The translations under genes and the position numbers were made by a program. DNA of 64,000 bases from Candidatus Latescibacterota bacterium. GTDB lineage: Bacteria; Latescibacterota; UBA2968. The stretch is taken from NCBI GenBank assembly GCA_965204375.1, contig OZ241986.1, forward strand, positions 992,001 through 1,056,000, given 5' to 3'. Shown here one piece after another: positions 18,767 through 29,010 of the stretch (its first letter is position 1; the number at the start of each line of letters is the position of its first letter). The notes under the pieces were generated by a model that did no database searches, was not told the DNA's origin, and worked only from the letters and a program-made list of their open reading frames with translations.

Positions 18767-20191
18767 TCACCTCTGCAAACATGACGGATCTACTTCCACA
18801 GAATTTGCTGTGTGTTTGTCCAGTTGATCAGACAATTGGTGGACAACATCTGCATATTCTGGATCTCGTGCTATATTTGTGAATTCTTCTGGATCAGCGT
18901 ACACATCTGCGAGGAAGATGTCTTCATCTTCAGATTTCGGTTTTTCGCCATCAAGCAACACATTTTTATCAAGGCGATACTGGCTCGTGCGTATGCAGCT
19001 TCGCCGCGGCCAACCGCGATCACCATACCAATCGCCACGGCCACCATTGGGTGCCATCTTGCTGAATGGCCGGCCATATCCGATTGTAGAGTAGATACAG
19101 TCGGGTGGTGGATCAGTGAAAAGATCGCGGCCTTTGAATTGCGAAGGTGTTTCGATGCTGGTAAAAGAAAAGAGTGTTCGTGCAATGTCCAGACTGTCGC
19201 AGATGTCATCCCGCACTTGCTCTGCAGGTATGGTGCCTGGCCAGGAGATTAGAAGTGGTACGCGATGCACTGTGGGCGTGTAAGTCAGTTTTTCGAAGGC
19301 GCCTGTCTCGCCAAGTGGATTGCCGTGGTCCGCACCAAATACGATGAGGGTTTGTTCCTGGCGACCAGTTTCCTCAAGAAACTCTAAGATCCGTCCGACT
19401 TGCGTGTCAATCCAGGCGACCTGTGCGTAGTAGTGAAGGCGTCCCGCACGGAGTTTTTCGAGATCCATTCTGGCCACACCAAAAACTTCGGCAACGCGTT
19501 TTTCAAATGCAGAGAGGGTGTCGGGCAGCGGATCGGGCAGGCCGGGGTCTTGATCGTCGAGAAGCTTTACATATTGTGCGGGAGGTAATACCGGTGTGTG
19601 GGGCTGAAGAAGGGAAATGCGCACGAGATAAGGGGAGGTTGCTGTTTGGAGCCAGTGTAAGGCATTTTCAACGACTGAGTCGGGAGGATAGGGTTCATCG
19701 TCTGGAAAAATACCGCCGTTCATGCCGCCGTAGGGCGAGCGGATCATCTGCACAGCGTCTTCGCCAAGATGTTCCCAGATTTTCATTTCACCACCCGTTC
19801 CGTCGTGGTATTGGAAGATTTCATGCCCTGGATTGGCACCTGGACGTATTTCGGGGGCAACATGGATCTTTCCAAAATTGGCAGTTGAATAGCCGTTCTG
19901 TGAAAATACGTTAGGGAAAGTTTGCAGGATACGGGGCAACCGGAAATTTGGCCATGCACCTTCATTGTTGTACACGCCTGTGTCTTCGGGATATAGACCA
20001 GTTAGCGTGCAATATCTGGAGGCAACACAAACAGGCGCATTGCAAAAGTTATTTGTGAATCGCACACCGCTGCTCGCCAAACGGTCGAGATTTGGCGTGC
20101 GCAACTGCAATCTGGGATGCCCATAACAGTCCAGCGCATCGGTGCGCAGTTCGTCACAGTAAATCCAGATAATATCAGGTTTTTCAGGCAT
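18767..20191 (-). CDS. Sulfatase
   Basis: KPDIIWIYCDELR, TPNLDRLA, CVASR (CxxxR), GKIH, ADHG. Confidence 0.92.
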   Translation of the reverse strand: MPEKPDIIWIYCDELRTDALDCYGHPRLQLRTPNLDRLASSGVRFTNNFCNAPVCVASRYCTLTGLYPEDTGVYNNEGAWPNFRLPRILQTFPNVFSQNGYSTANFGKIHVAPEIRPGANPGHEIFQYHDGTGGEMKIWEHLGEDAVQMIRSPYGGMNGGIFPDDEPYPPDSVVENALHWLQTATSPYLVRISLLQPHTPVLPPAQYVKLLDDQDPGLPDPLPDTLSAFEKRVAEVFGVARMDLEKLRAGRLHYYAQVAWIDTQVGRILEFLEETGRQEQTLIVFGADHGNPLGETGAFEKLTYTPTVHRVPLLISWPGTIPAEQVRDDICDSLDIARTLFSFTSIETPSQFKGRDLFTDPPPDCIYSTIGYGRPFSKMAPNGGRGDWYGDRGWPRRSCIRTSQYRLDKNVLLDGEKPKSEDEDIFLADVYADPEEFTNIARDPEYADVVHQLSDQLDKHTANSVEVDPSCLQR

Positions 20192-20212
20192 AAAAAGTTC
20201 GGCCTTTGTTTT

Positions 20213-21487
20213 TTAGATGTCTTTTTTGGGGACAACTGCGCCGTGTAGCACGAGTAGGTCGTGTAAATCAGAAAGCGGAACGTCGCGGGGTGTTGTTTCC
20301 AAACGCACAGATACTGCTGCTGCAGCACCCGCTGCCTGTCCCATAGCCATTGAGGATGCCTGTACTCGCAAAGCAGAATTTGCAAGTCGGTCACTGCTCA
20401 CACTGCGTCCAGCGACGAGTAAATTATGACTGTTTTTAGGGATCAGTGCGCGTAGAGGAACTGTCGCAACGGTGCCTTCAGACAGTGGTTGGGGCTTTAC
20501 ACCGTCTTTGTCATGGAGGTCAATTGGATAAAAAGAGTACGATACAGCGTCCTCAAAATGTCGGCCACTGGTATAATCATCGTGGGTTATCTGCACCTCT
20601 CCAACAATGCGATAGGTTTCGCGCACAGCGGTTTCTGCCTGCGCTTTTAAAACGCGGGCATTTTCGCATCCAGGCAGTGAACGTACAAACCGCAAAATCC
20701 GCAACAAAGATTGTCGCCCTGCAATGTTGGTTTTTGTATGCCTGTCAGAGGTCGATGCATCAGCGCCAAATACGTGCTGGGCATTTTCTCCGCCTTTTCC
20801 AAGGTAGCCGATGAACCGTGCGCGCGGATTGCTTACATCGCCGTGTTGTAATCGGCCATCTTTCATGGCTGCGATAAACTGTCTCTGAATGACATCTTCG
20901 TCCAGCGTATCAACATCATAACCACCCAGTTTAAAAATCAATGTGCCCGGTTGTGTTTCTTCTTCGCGCAAACGAGGAAAACCGATCTGGCCCACAATAT
21001 TTGCGCCGCCGGTGCAGTCAATTAGCTGTTTGGTCAGGATGGTGCGCCGCAGGTTTTTTCCGACAGTCTCGATTTTCCAACCTCTGTCTGTTTCTAAAAC
21101 TTGCGTCGGTATTTCATAAAAGTGCAATTGCACGCCTGCTCGAGTACAGGCTTCTTCTGCAAGTGCCGCATATACAGGGCCATTGATGCGTATCTGGTGC
21201 ATCCAATGGCGCTCAGGAGCGACTGAAAAATCCGGCAGTTGGCCACTGTCAAGTGCTACTGCTTTTATAACCAGTTCCCATCCAATGCCCGCGACAATCT
21301 GCTTTCCCCAGGCATGAAAAAGTCCGGGGAAGGAAACGCCGCCTGTTGTGGTGACACCACCGAGTTGACTGCCAGATTCAACCAGAGCTGTGCGAAGTCC
21401 CGCGCGACCCGCTTGTATGGCAGCAATCGTACCCGCTGTGCCTCCTCCAACTACGAGCACATCTACCTCGTCTTTTATATGCTCCAT
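20213..21487 (-). CDS. FAD-dependent oxidoreductase
   Basis: VVGGGTAGTIAAIQA, IDCTGG, RETYRIVGE, NLLVAGR. Confidence 0.9.
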   Translation of the reverse strand: MEHIKDEVDVLVVGGGTAGTIAAIQAGRAGLRTALVESGSQLGGVTTTGGVSFPGLFHAWGKQIVAGIGWELVIKAVALDSGQLPDFSVAPERHWMHQIRINGPVYAALAEEACTRAGVQLHFYEIPTQVLETDRGWKIETVGKNLRRTILTKQLIDCTGGANIVGQIGFPRLREEETQPGTLIFKLGGYDVDTLDEDVIQRQFIAAMKDGRLQHGDVSNPRARFIGYLGKGGENAQHVFGADASTSDRHTKTNIAGRQSLLRILRFVRSLPGCENARVLKAQAETAVRETYRIVGEVQITHDDYTSGRHFEDAVSYSFYPIDLHDKDGVKPQPLSEGTVATVPLRALIPKNSHNLLVAGRSVSSDRLANSALRVQASSMAMGQAAGAAAAVSVRLETTPRDVPLSDLHDLLVLHGAVVPKKDI

Positions 21488-21574
21488 ATTTTCTGCTTTC
21501 TTTTAAAAAACGAACCTTTAGTTCGGAAAATATGTGGGATGCTTGATGGATTGGCAATCTCTTTATGTTGTCGA

Positions 21575-22561
21575 TCACGGCTTCCAGGCGAATCGACCAT
21601 ATCGAGGCGTTTTTGGAGGCACGATCGGTAACTCCTCCCACCCGGACCTGGTTTCAACCATGATTTTCGGGCCACCCTTTTTAGGATCTGGAAAAGCCCG
21701 AGTCACAAATCCATCGGGAGACCATGTGGGATCATCACCACGCCCTGCTTTTCGCTTATTATTCCCATCACTATCGACAACCCATACATTCCAGGTTTCG
21801 CCGATCAGCTTGTCTCTTTCGCGATCTTGTCTCCCTGTGAATTTGCTCATATGGATCATCTCCACACCTTCCCAATGGGCGATCCACTTGCCATCCGGTG
21901 ACCAGGCAGGGACTTTTTGTTCGATGGGAAGCTTGAGGGTCTCGTCATGTTCAGCAGACGTTGGTGAAATTGGTTTGGCATCACTGCCATCGAGATTGCT
22001 CAACCAAACCCTGTAGTTGCCGCTTCGATTTGAAACAAAGGCCACCTTTGTTCCTTTCGGCGAGACAACGGCCATCGAATTGCTGAACTTAATTTGTTGA
22101 GGATCGCTGAACAATCGCCTCGATTCCATGGTCTCCGTGTTCATGATGTGCAACTGGCTGTTTTCAGCGGGGTCTTTTCCTGGTTTGAATATCATCCATA
22201 CGATGTGTTTAGAATCAGGAAACCAGGAAGGTATCAAATTTCTCCCCGATTCTGTGAGTGCTTTCTGATTACTGCCATCAAAGTTGGAGATCCAAAGAGC
22301 CATTCCTTTTTCGCTCTGTTGCACAAATACAATTTTACTGCCGTCAGGAGACACGGCAGGCATCATACATTCATGATTGGAATTTGTAATTTGGCGCCTG
22401 GATGAACCGTCCGCCTTGATGTGATAGAGTTGTAGTATGTTATTCTCATCAGGGCAACTGACAATAATCTCACGCATTTGAGACTCTCCAGCAAACAAAC
22501 CATCTGACACGCAAGCAATCGTAAAAATAGCCAGGATCAATATTAAGAATGATTTCATCAT
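21575..22561 (-). CDS. Secreted TolB/PD40 beta-propeller protein
   Basis: Signal peptide MMKSFLILILAIFTIAC and repeated P.(W/V)SPDG..I.F. The first 16 aa of the tracked ORF come from a NUDIX stub. Confidence 0.8.
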   Translation of the reverse strand: MMKSFLILILAIFTIACVSDGLFAGESQMREIIVSCPDENNILQLYHIKADGSSRRQITNSNHECMMPAVSPDGSKIVFVQQSEKGMALWISNFDGSNQKALTESGRNLIPSWFPDSKHIVWMIFKPGKDPAENSQLHIMNTETMESRRLFSDPQQIKFSNSMAVVSPKGTKVAFVSNRSGNYRVWLSNLDGSDAKPISPTSAEHDETLKLPIEQKVPAWSPDGKWIAHWEGVEMIHMSKFTGRQDRERDKLIGETWNVWVVDSDGNNKRKAGRGDDPTWSPDGFVTRAFPDPKKGGPKIMVETRSGWEELPIVPPKTPRYGRFAWKP

Positions 22562-22566
22562 ACGTG

Positions 22567-22912
22567 TGAGAATCACCCCGGCAACGCCTGCTTTTACGTA
22601 ATGTGATGGCATCATTAAACGGTCCGTCGTATTGTGAAAATCTCAAGAGAAAGTCTAATCATCTTCGCTTGTATCAGTCAACCCATTTCGTCTTTGAAGT
22701 AAAGTCTTTGATCTCTTCTTCCAGGTCCCTCAGAGATTCCTCAAGTTTCTTTATTTTCGCCTCCGGTGCATCCTTAAGTCGCGAGTTCTCCAATCGAAGT
22801 TGCAGGATTTCACGCTGCGTAACATAGCCGTAGCCTTTGAGTTGAGTTACAAGATTCGGGAACCCAATATACTGCATGTCCCAGTTCAGGAAGGAAGAGG
22901 GGGTCGGGTTGG
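22567..22912 (-). pseudogene. Deleted duplicate: NUDIX 5' stub plus 3' part of the 33479 gene
   Basis: 22567-22890 matches 33372-33695 (offset 10805), then jumps to a match with ~34007-34028. Confidence 0.85.
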
Positions 22913-22926
22913 CTGATTCTCGCCTT

Positions 22927-23904
22927 TCAATCTATGCCTTCGATTGCCGCCTCGCCCATACGAATCGCCGCATCAGGGAGAGCGAGTATTCGGTCTTCCA
23001 ATCCCCAGGTTCTCCGATTAGGCGACTTCGGCCCCCATTTCCGGTGGAGCTGGCAGAGGCGCTTGGCATAGTAGGCCGCGAAGATGAGCGGGAGTGCGGC
23101 ACGTTCATCAGCCAGGGGAGGCCGGATTGAAAAGTACCCCTCCACGAACCGCTGCATTTCCTCATCTGTAAGCTGTCGACCTGCGGTCCCCATCAGCCAT
23201 TGCATCCGAACCATCACTACATCCTCAAGCGCCGGAGCGAAGTGAGCCGAATTGAAGTCGGTAAATCGGACCTCACCTGACGGGGAAGCAATCGTGTTCC
23301 AGCTTCGCACATCTCCACGACAGAAGAGCCACCGGACGTTCATCTTGTTCGGCGTGTTATTCAACTGTGCTCGAAGCCGAGTGACAGCATCTGCCCCGTT
23401 CGAGGAGAACGTCGTCCTCTCGCAATACTCGAGAGCATCAGAGATGTACCTCTGCGCATCTTTGACTTCTGAACGGTAGGCTGGAAAGTCTTCGCTCGCA
23501 TCGTGAACCCGTGCTAGAGCCTCCCCCACGTTGCGGAGAGTATCGACGCGATCTACGACCTCTCCTTCCAAGATGCTCTCCACCGAAATCACCAGGTCTC
23601 GAACGGACTTATAGAGGCTACCATCCGTGGTTGGACGGATGTCAGGACACGGCGCGCCGCGATCGGCAAGGTGTCGAACGAACTCCACAATGGTTTTGGG
23701 ATGGGTCGAGCCGTCCCACCCCGGATTCACGCGGAACACAACGCGTCCGTCCCGCAGACTATCACAAAAGAAGACGCACCGCGAATTCGCCCTGCGGACG
23801 CTGGTTACTTCCAGATCCCAGAATCGCTTGCAGAGATCCATAATTTCTGGCTGATCAGGCAGCGGGCCCGTTTCGTCTCTAGATCTGGGATAGCGTGGTT
23901 CCAT
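22927..23904 (-). CDS. Phosphotransferase (APH/homoserine kinase type II-like)
   Basis: G.ALARVH, CRGDVRSWN, FTDFN. Confidence 0.8.
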   Translation of the reverse strand: MEPRYPRSRDETGPLPDQPEIMDLCKRFWDLEVTSVRRANSRCVFFCDSLRDGRVVFRVNPGWDGSTHPKTIVEFVRHLADRGAPCPDIRPTTDGSLYKSVRDLVISVESILEGEVVDRVDTLRNVGEALARVHDASEDFPAYRSEVKDAQRYISDALEYCERTTFSSNGADAVTRLRAQLNNTPNKMNVRWLFCRGDVRSWNTIASPSGEVRFTDFNSAHFAPALEDVVMVRMQWLMGTAGRQLTDEEMQRFVEGYFSIRPPLADERAALPLIFAAYYAKRLCQLHRKWGPKSPNRRTWGLEDRILALPDAAIRMGEAAIEGID

Positions 23905-23944
23905 TGGTTTTCTCGGTCCAGGACTGGCCGTAGCGGCGCATTGC

Positions 23945-23965
23945 AGGTAACGGCCTGCGGTTGCC
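23945..23965 (-). repeat. attC half-site (R' arm only)
   Basis: AGGTAACGGCCTGCGG, 40 bp upstream of the gene start. No partner arm. Confidence 0.35.
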
Positions 23966-23993
23966 TATTAAGAGCAAGATAAATGCTGAAGAA

Positions 23994-24026
23994 AATCCCC
24001 GTCAGATAACCTACTGAACGGGGATC
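23994..24026 (-). terminator. Terminator-family hairpin T2
   Basis: ATCCCCGTCAG-N8-CTGAACGGGGAT, followed by TTTCTT on the minus strand. Confidence 0.7.
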
Positions 24027-24055
24027 TATATCACGAAACAGGTTCTATGATAAAC

Positions 24056-24265
24056 TCAGGTAACCCGCTCTCTTCGTTCACTTGGATGAAGCGAAAGATA
24101 CTCTCTCACCTCGAGATTCATCCGATCTATTTCGGCCAGATAGCCGCCTGCCGATAACCAATAGTTCTGTGGATTGGTTTCAACCTGTCGAAGCTTTTCT
24201 ACTTGTCGCTGAAAATACTGGATGCGTTCCTTGGTCGCCTCAAGTTCCTGATCGTTCTGAATCAT
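24056..24265 (-). CDS. 69-aa helical protein (putative orphan antitoxin), copy A
   Basis: GAGGTG RBS. Differs from 38571-38780 by 1 aa. Confidence 0.75.
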   Translation of the reverse strand: MIQNDQELEATKERIQYFQRQVEKLRQVETNPQNYWLSAGGYLAEIDRMNLEVREYLSLHPSERRERVT

Positions 24266-24524
24266 CGCTGATCACCTCTACTATTCCACGTCGTGTCTGG
24301 TAAATCACCATTATGATCGAATTCAGGCCAATTCTTCATCTGGAGTCAGGTCTTCCAGAATAATCTGTTCGGTTCGGCTTCGGTTTGGCTACTATTATAC
24401 AATATAGCTTTCTATACAGGGCATTTCCAGCGAAATTTTTTTCTATTCTATGCTCAAGTATTTGGATGAAGAGCCGAATAGTTCAAAGCCGTGCATAGTC
24501 GTGTGATGCAGCGTGCTCACTTCG

Positions 24525-24721
24525 TTACGGCGGTAGAAGCTCTGTGGAGAGGTCCCCCGAGAAACCTCTCGCTTTGATTTGCGCCACGAAGCCATCGATC
24601 TCTGCCTTGAAATAGCTGGCCATCGAGGACAGTGACCGAATCGCTCTGCGCTCTTGAGGCGGCGAAGTCTCGCCATCTTTCCAGACTTTCCTCTATCCGG
24701 CAGGCCTCGCCTTGCCACTCC
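24525..24721 (-). pseudogene. Internally deleted remnant of the kinase-LRR gene
   Basis: 24525-24602 matches 42098-42175 and 24609-24721 matches 43225-43337. About 1 kb is missing. Confidence 0.85.
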
Positions 24722-24738
24722 TATTGTTTTTCGTCTTC

Positions 24739-26285
24739 TTATTCATACCGTAGAGCATCTACTGGATTGGAAATTGCGGCCCTTACGGTCTGAGAACTCA
24801 CTGTCATCAGCGCAATCACAAGCGATAGAACCCCTCCTAGCAGAAACGGCCAAATGCCAAGTTGAATTCGATAGACAAAGTCTTGCAGCCACGCATTCAT
24901 AGTATAATACACAACAGGCCAGGCAATGATATTCGCAATGATGATCAGTGTCATAAAATCTTTAGAAAGTAAGAAGATGAGATCGGGTATGGAAGCGCCG
25001 AGTACTTTGCGGATACCAATCTCTTTTGTCCGCTGGGTTACAGTAAAAGATGCCAGTCCGAACAGCCCCAAACAGGCTACCAGGATCGCTAACCCTGATA
25101 CCAGATTCAGTACTCGGTTCAGACGTACTTCCTCCCGATAGCTAAGTGCGATCATTCCGTCCACAAAGTTGAATCTCGGCGGTTGATGAGGTATCCATTT
25201 CGACCAAGTGTTCCGCAAAAATGTCATGGTTTCCTGGACACTGTTTGGACTGATGCGAAAGGAGAAACGTCTCTGTCGAATCGCTTGCTGTCCTCAAATC
25301 CAAATTGCGGCCCTCAACAAGCTCCATACCGAAAGTGTCCAAGAAATGTTCATCAATACCGAACACCACAACGTTCCGCTCATTGTTTGGATCGCCTTCC
25401 AAGTAAACAGTGGACACATCCTTCACTTCCACCGGGACACGCTGAGATGCAGACATTTTCAAGATGTTGGGATGTTGCAGGAAAGACCGTTTGACGGCTT
25501 CATACTGGTTTAGTAGAGACGGATCTTGGTTCAAGATGGGAGTTCGAACGATGTAATCTTGGTCAAAACCTAGATCCCGGTTTCTGATAAACTCCATTTG
25601 CTGATCTATGACCAGGGTACTGAGAATGAGACAAATTGAAACGGTAAACTGAAAAATGATGAGCCCTTTTCGAAAACCAATACGTCTTGTGCCAGTTCTT
25701 ATCGTTCCTTTTAAAGTTTCTACCGGTTGAACGGCAGAGAGAAAGAAAGCCGGATAACTGCCCGCAATGATGCCGACAATCAGGGCGAGACCCACAAGGC
25801 TCAGGAACATCATACCCTGACTGGTAGCTTCCAAAGTCAAGTTCATCGGAAACGACTGTTGCCTGGTCACCAGTGTATTAAATGTAGGCAACATGAGTTT
25901 GGCCAATCCATAAGCGAAGACAAGTGCCATCAAGGACAGCAAAATGGACTCCCCTTGAAATTGTACAATCAGTTGCCGCCGGAAGGCACCGACCACTTTT
26001 CGCATACCCACCTCTTTCGCCCGATCCGCTGACCGAGCCGTGGCCAGGTTCATAAAGTTGATGCAGGCAATCAACTTTTCCTGCAGGATGTTTGATCTCT
26101 CTCCAGACTTTGAAAATCCTGTGTCCATTGGGATGGTAACTGGCATGTTTGAATTCGTCCTGAATAAAAAGCAGGATTAAAATGCCACAGGCCATCCCCA
26201 CCGACAGCCCGAGGGTGTTGATTACAGAATAGGTTTTGTGGCGTATCAGATTTCGGATGGCAACAGTAAGATAATTTCTGAGCAT
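24739..26285 (-). pseudogene. MacB/FtsX-type ABC permease, multiply deleted and frameshifted
   Basis: MLRNYLTVAIRNL...; LIACINFMNLATARS..RAKEVGMRKVVGA; RTKEIGIRKVLGAS...NPVDALRYE, spread over three frames in 1.55 kb. Confidence 0.85.
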
Positions 26286-26372
26286 GGTTTCCTCCCGTGA
26301 ATTCGGTTCTCGCAACTATCTATTGTGTCGTGAAAAAGGCTGTTCATATCGATCTTGATTTTTGTTTTTTTC

Positions 26373-26412
26373 TCATATATTTTTTAGAAATACATCATAT
26401 ATTTTTTAGAAA
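26373..26412. repeat. 18-bp direct repeat (22-bp period)
   Basis: TCATATATTTTTTAGAAA at 26373 and 26395. Confidence 0.85.
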
Positions 26413-26506
26413 CACAAACCTAATCAGATAGAGAGCTTGTCTGACCCGTGCGCGTGTTCAGCGCAGCACCAGGCTCGCCCGAACGCTCTATCAGAGGAGA
26501 AACTGA

Positions 26507-28030
26507 ATGGCTGGCAAAACCCATCCAGAAACACTGCTTGACCTGCTCGAATCGGGCGCGCCGTCGCACCCGGCTATCGTGGCCCCCGGCGGGCCTATTG
26601 TGAACTACGACTCGTTGCGGCGTCAGGTGTGGACGCTTGCGGCGCAACTCCGCGCTATGGGCATAGATCGTGGTGACAGGGTAGCCATCGTCCTGCCCAA
26701 CGGCATAGAAGCGATTGTGACATTTTTGGCGGTCGCTGCGGTTGGCACGGCGGCTCCGCTGAACCCCGCCTACAGGCCCGCAGAGTTCGAGTTCTACTTG
26801 GACGACACCAACGCCACGGCGCTCATCACCTCGGACGACGGAGGCGAGGAGGCCCGCAGTGCTGCCCCGGCCTCGGTGATGGATATCCGGGCCGCGCTCG
26901 ACGAAGAGGGCCGCGTCAGTCTGACGGGATCCGGAGCCGTAGCGGAGGGGCGCGAAATCGCTCCGTCAGAGCCTGACGACGTGGCACTCGTGCTGCACAC
27001 CAGCGGGACGACCAGTCGTCCCAAGCGCGTGCCGCTGGCGCACCGGAATCTCACTGCATCCGTCGAGAACATCGTCGAGACCTACGACCTGTCCGACAGA
27101 GACGTATCGCTCTGCGTCATGCCGCTGTTTCACGTGCACGGGCTGATGGCATCCACGCTCTCGACTCTGCACTCGGGCGGGACCGTGGTCGTGCCGCCGC
27201 GCTTCAACCCGCTGGGGTTCTGGCCGCTCGTCGATGAGTATGAAGTCACGTGGTTTTCCGCGGTGCCGACGATGTTCCGGGCACTGCTGTCCAGGGCCCG
27301 GAGTGGGCGTGCGTCCCAGAATGCGGATAGACTGCGCTTCATCCGCTCGTGCAGCGCTGCCCTCGCCCCGGCTACAATGCAGCAGATGGAGTCGATTTTC
27401 GGTGTACCGGTGATCGAGGCCTATGGCATGACAGAGGCCGCACACCAGATGGCGTCGAACCCCCTGCCTCCTGACAATCGCATCCCCGGCTCAGTCGGAC
27501 AAGGGACTGGCGTGAAGATCGGGATTATGGACGAAGTGGGCGAGTTTCAGACGCCGGGTACGGTTGGCGAGGTGGTGATCAGTGGCCCCAACGTGATCCG
27601 GGGATACGAGTCCAATCCCGAGGCGAACGCTTCTTCGTTTGTCGGTGCTTGGTTCAGGACCGGAGACCAGGGCGAGCTTGACGAGAACGGTGTGCTGACG
27701 TTGCGGGGCCGGATCAAAGAACTCATCAACCGCAGTGGCGAGAAAATTTCTCCGGTCGAGATCGACGAGGTGCTGCTGTCGCACCCCGCTGTATCGGAGG
27801 CCGTGTCGTTCGGCGTCCCACACCCCACCCACGGAGAGGAGCCTGCCGCGGCGATCGTTCTCGGATCCGAGGCAACGGAGAAGGATCTGATCGCCCACTG
27901 CCGGCAGAGCTTGGCCTCCTTCAAGGTCCCGCGCAAAATTCACATCGTAGATACCATCCCGCGGACGGCAACGGGTAAGGTGCAGCGCCGGATCGTCGCG
28001 GAGGTTATCACCGGAGGGCCTTCGACGTGA
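26507..28030 (+). CDS. Acyl-CoA synthetase, oxalate--CoA ligase-like
   Basis: LHTSGTTSRPKRVPL.H.NL, LFHVHGL, RSCSAAL, EAYGMTEAAHQMASNPLP, PRTATGKVQRR. Confidence 0.85.
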   Translation: MAGKTHPETLLDLLESGAPSHPAIVAPGGPIVNYDSLRRQVWTLAAQLRAMGIDRGDRVAIVLPNGIEAIVTFLAVAAVGTAAPLNPAYRPAEFEFYLDDTNATALITSDDGGEEARSAAPASVMDIRAALDEEGRVSLTGSGAVAEGREIAPSEPDDVALVLHTSGTTSRPKRVPLAHRNLTASVENIVETYDLSDRDVSLCVMPLFHVHGLMASTLSTLHSGGTVVVPPRFNPLGFWPLVDEYEVTWFSAVPTMFRALLSRARSGRASQNADRLRFIRSCSAALAPATMQQMESIFGVPVIEAYGMTEAAHQMASNPLPPDNRIPGSVGQGTGVKIGIMDEVGEFQTPGTVGEVVISGPNVIRGYESNPEANASSFVGAWFRTGDQGELDENGVLTLRGRIKELINRSGEKISPVEIDEVLLSHPAVSEAVSFGVPHPTHGEEPAAAIVLGSEATEKDLIAHCRQSLASFKVPRKIHIVDTIPRTATGKVQRRIVAEVITGGPST

Positions 28031-29010
28031 GGTTTGCATTGGTCGGTGCCGGAGCTATTGGGGCCTACCTGGGTGCTAAGCTCAGCGTGGCCGGTCACGA
28101 AGTCTTCCTGATCGCGCGTGGTTCGCATCTTCAAGCCATGCAGTCGCGCGGCGTCAGCGTGCGGAGTCCAGAAGGCGACATCAAGGCCCGTCCCACCGCA
28201 ACGGACGACTACAGTCTGGTGGGCGAGGTTGACTTCGTCTTTCTCACGGTGAAGGCCCACAGTCTGCCAGAGATCGCTCCCAAGCTGGGACCGCTTCTCG
28301 GGCCGGAGACGGCTGTTGTATCGACCCAAAACGGAATCCCGTGGTGGTACTTCCAGGGTCACGGCGGCCCCTGGGACGGAAGGCGAATCGAGAGGTTGGA
28401 TCCGAACGAGGTCGTCTCTTCCGCCATTCCCGCCGAGCGCGTCATCGGATGCATCGTCTATCCTTCGGCTTCCATTGCCGAGCCAGGGGTGATCGAGCAT
28501 GTGGAGGGCAACAGGTTCGCGATCGGCGAGCCGGATGGCTCGACCAGCGACAGGTGCAGAAGGCTGGCCGACGCCTTGAAGAAATCAGGCCTTCGCTGCC
28601 CGATCAGGTCCCGGATACGGGGAGACATGTGGGTCAAGCTGCTGGGGAATGTCGCCTTTAATCCCATCAGCGCGCTGACTCGCGCGACGCTGGTCGAGAT
28701 CGCCACGCATCCCGAAGCCCGCGCTCTGGCTCACTCCGTCATGGAGGAGGCCGACGCGGTGGCCCGCGCCCTTGGCGTGAGGGTGCCAATCTCGGTCGAG
28801 CGGCGCATCGCCGGAGCTGTCGCCGTGGGCGAGCACAAGACCTCTATGCTTCAGGACTTGGAGACCGGTAGGCCGATGGAACTCGAAGCCGTTGTGGGCG
28901 CTGTCATCGAGCTTGGAGAGATGCTCGACGTTCCCGTGCCCAACACCAGGGCCGTGTACGCGGCCACCAGGCTCCTGGACGAGATCGCTACGAGGAACAG
29001 GACGGTCTAA
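28027..29010 (+). CDS. Ketopantoate reductase-family protein (PanE2 / oxalyl-CoA reductase-like)
   Basis: VGAGAIG, QNGIPWWYF, WVKLLGNVAFNPISAL, HKTSMLQD. GTGA overlap with the ligase. Confidence 0.85.
   Translation: MRFALVGAGAIGAYLGAKLSVAGHEVFLIARGSHLQAMQSRGVSVRSPEGDIKARPTATDDYSLVGEVDFVFLTVKAHSLPEIAPKLGPLLGPETAVVSTQNGIPWWYFQGHGGPWDGRRIERLDPNEVVSSAIPAERVIGCIVYPSASIAEPGVIEHVEGNRFAIGEPDGSTSDRCRRLADALKKSGLRCPIRSRIRGDMWVKLLGNVAFNPISALTRATLVEIATHPEARALAHSVMEEADAVARALGVRVPISVERRIAGAVAVGEHKTSMLQDLETGRPMELEAVVGAVIELGEMLDVPVPNTRAVYAATRLLDEIATRNRTV

Larger units (their letters stand above)
18378..18770 (+). mobile_element. Miniature non-autonomous IS200/IS605 (tnpB) element
   Basis: Preceded by TTTAT. 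Left-end hairpin CCCACACC/GGTGTGGG (18394-18414). Right-end hairpin CCCAAC/GTTGGG, then GAGTAGTCAC. Removing it restores a clean sulfatase stop and intergenic spacer. Confidence 0.8.
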
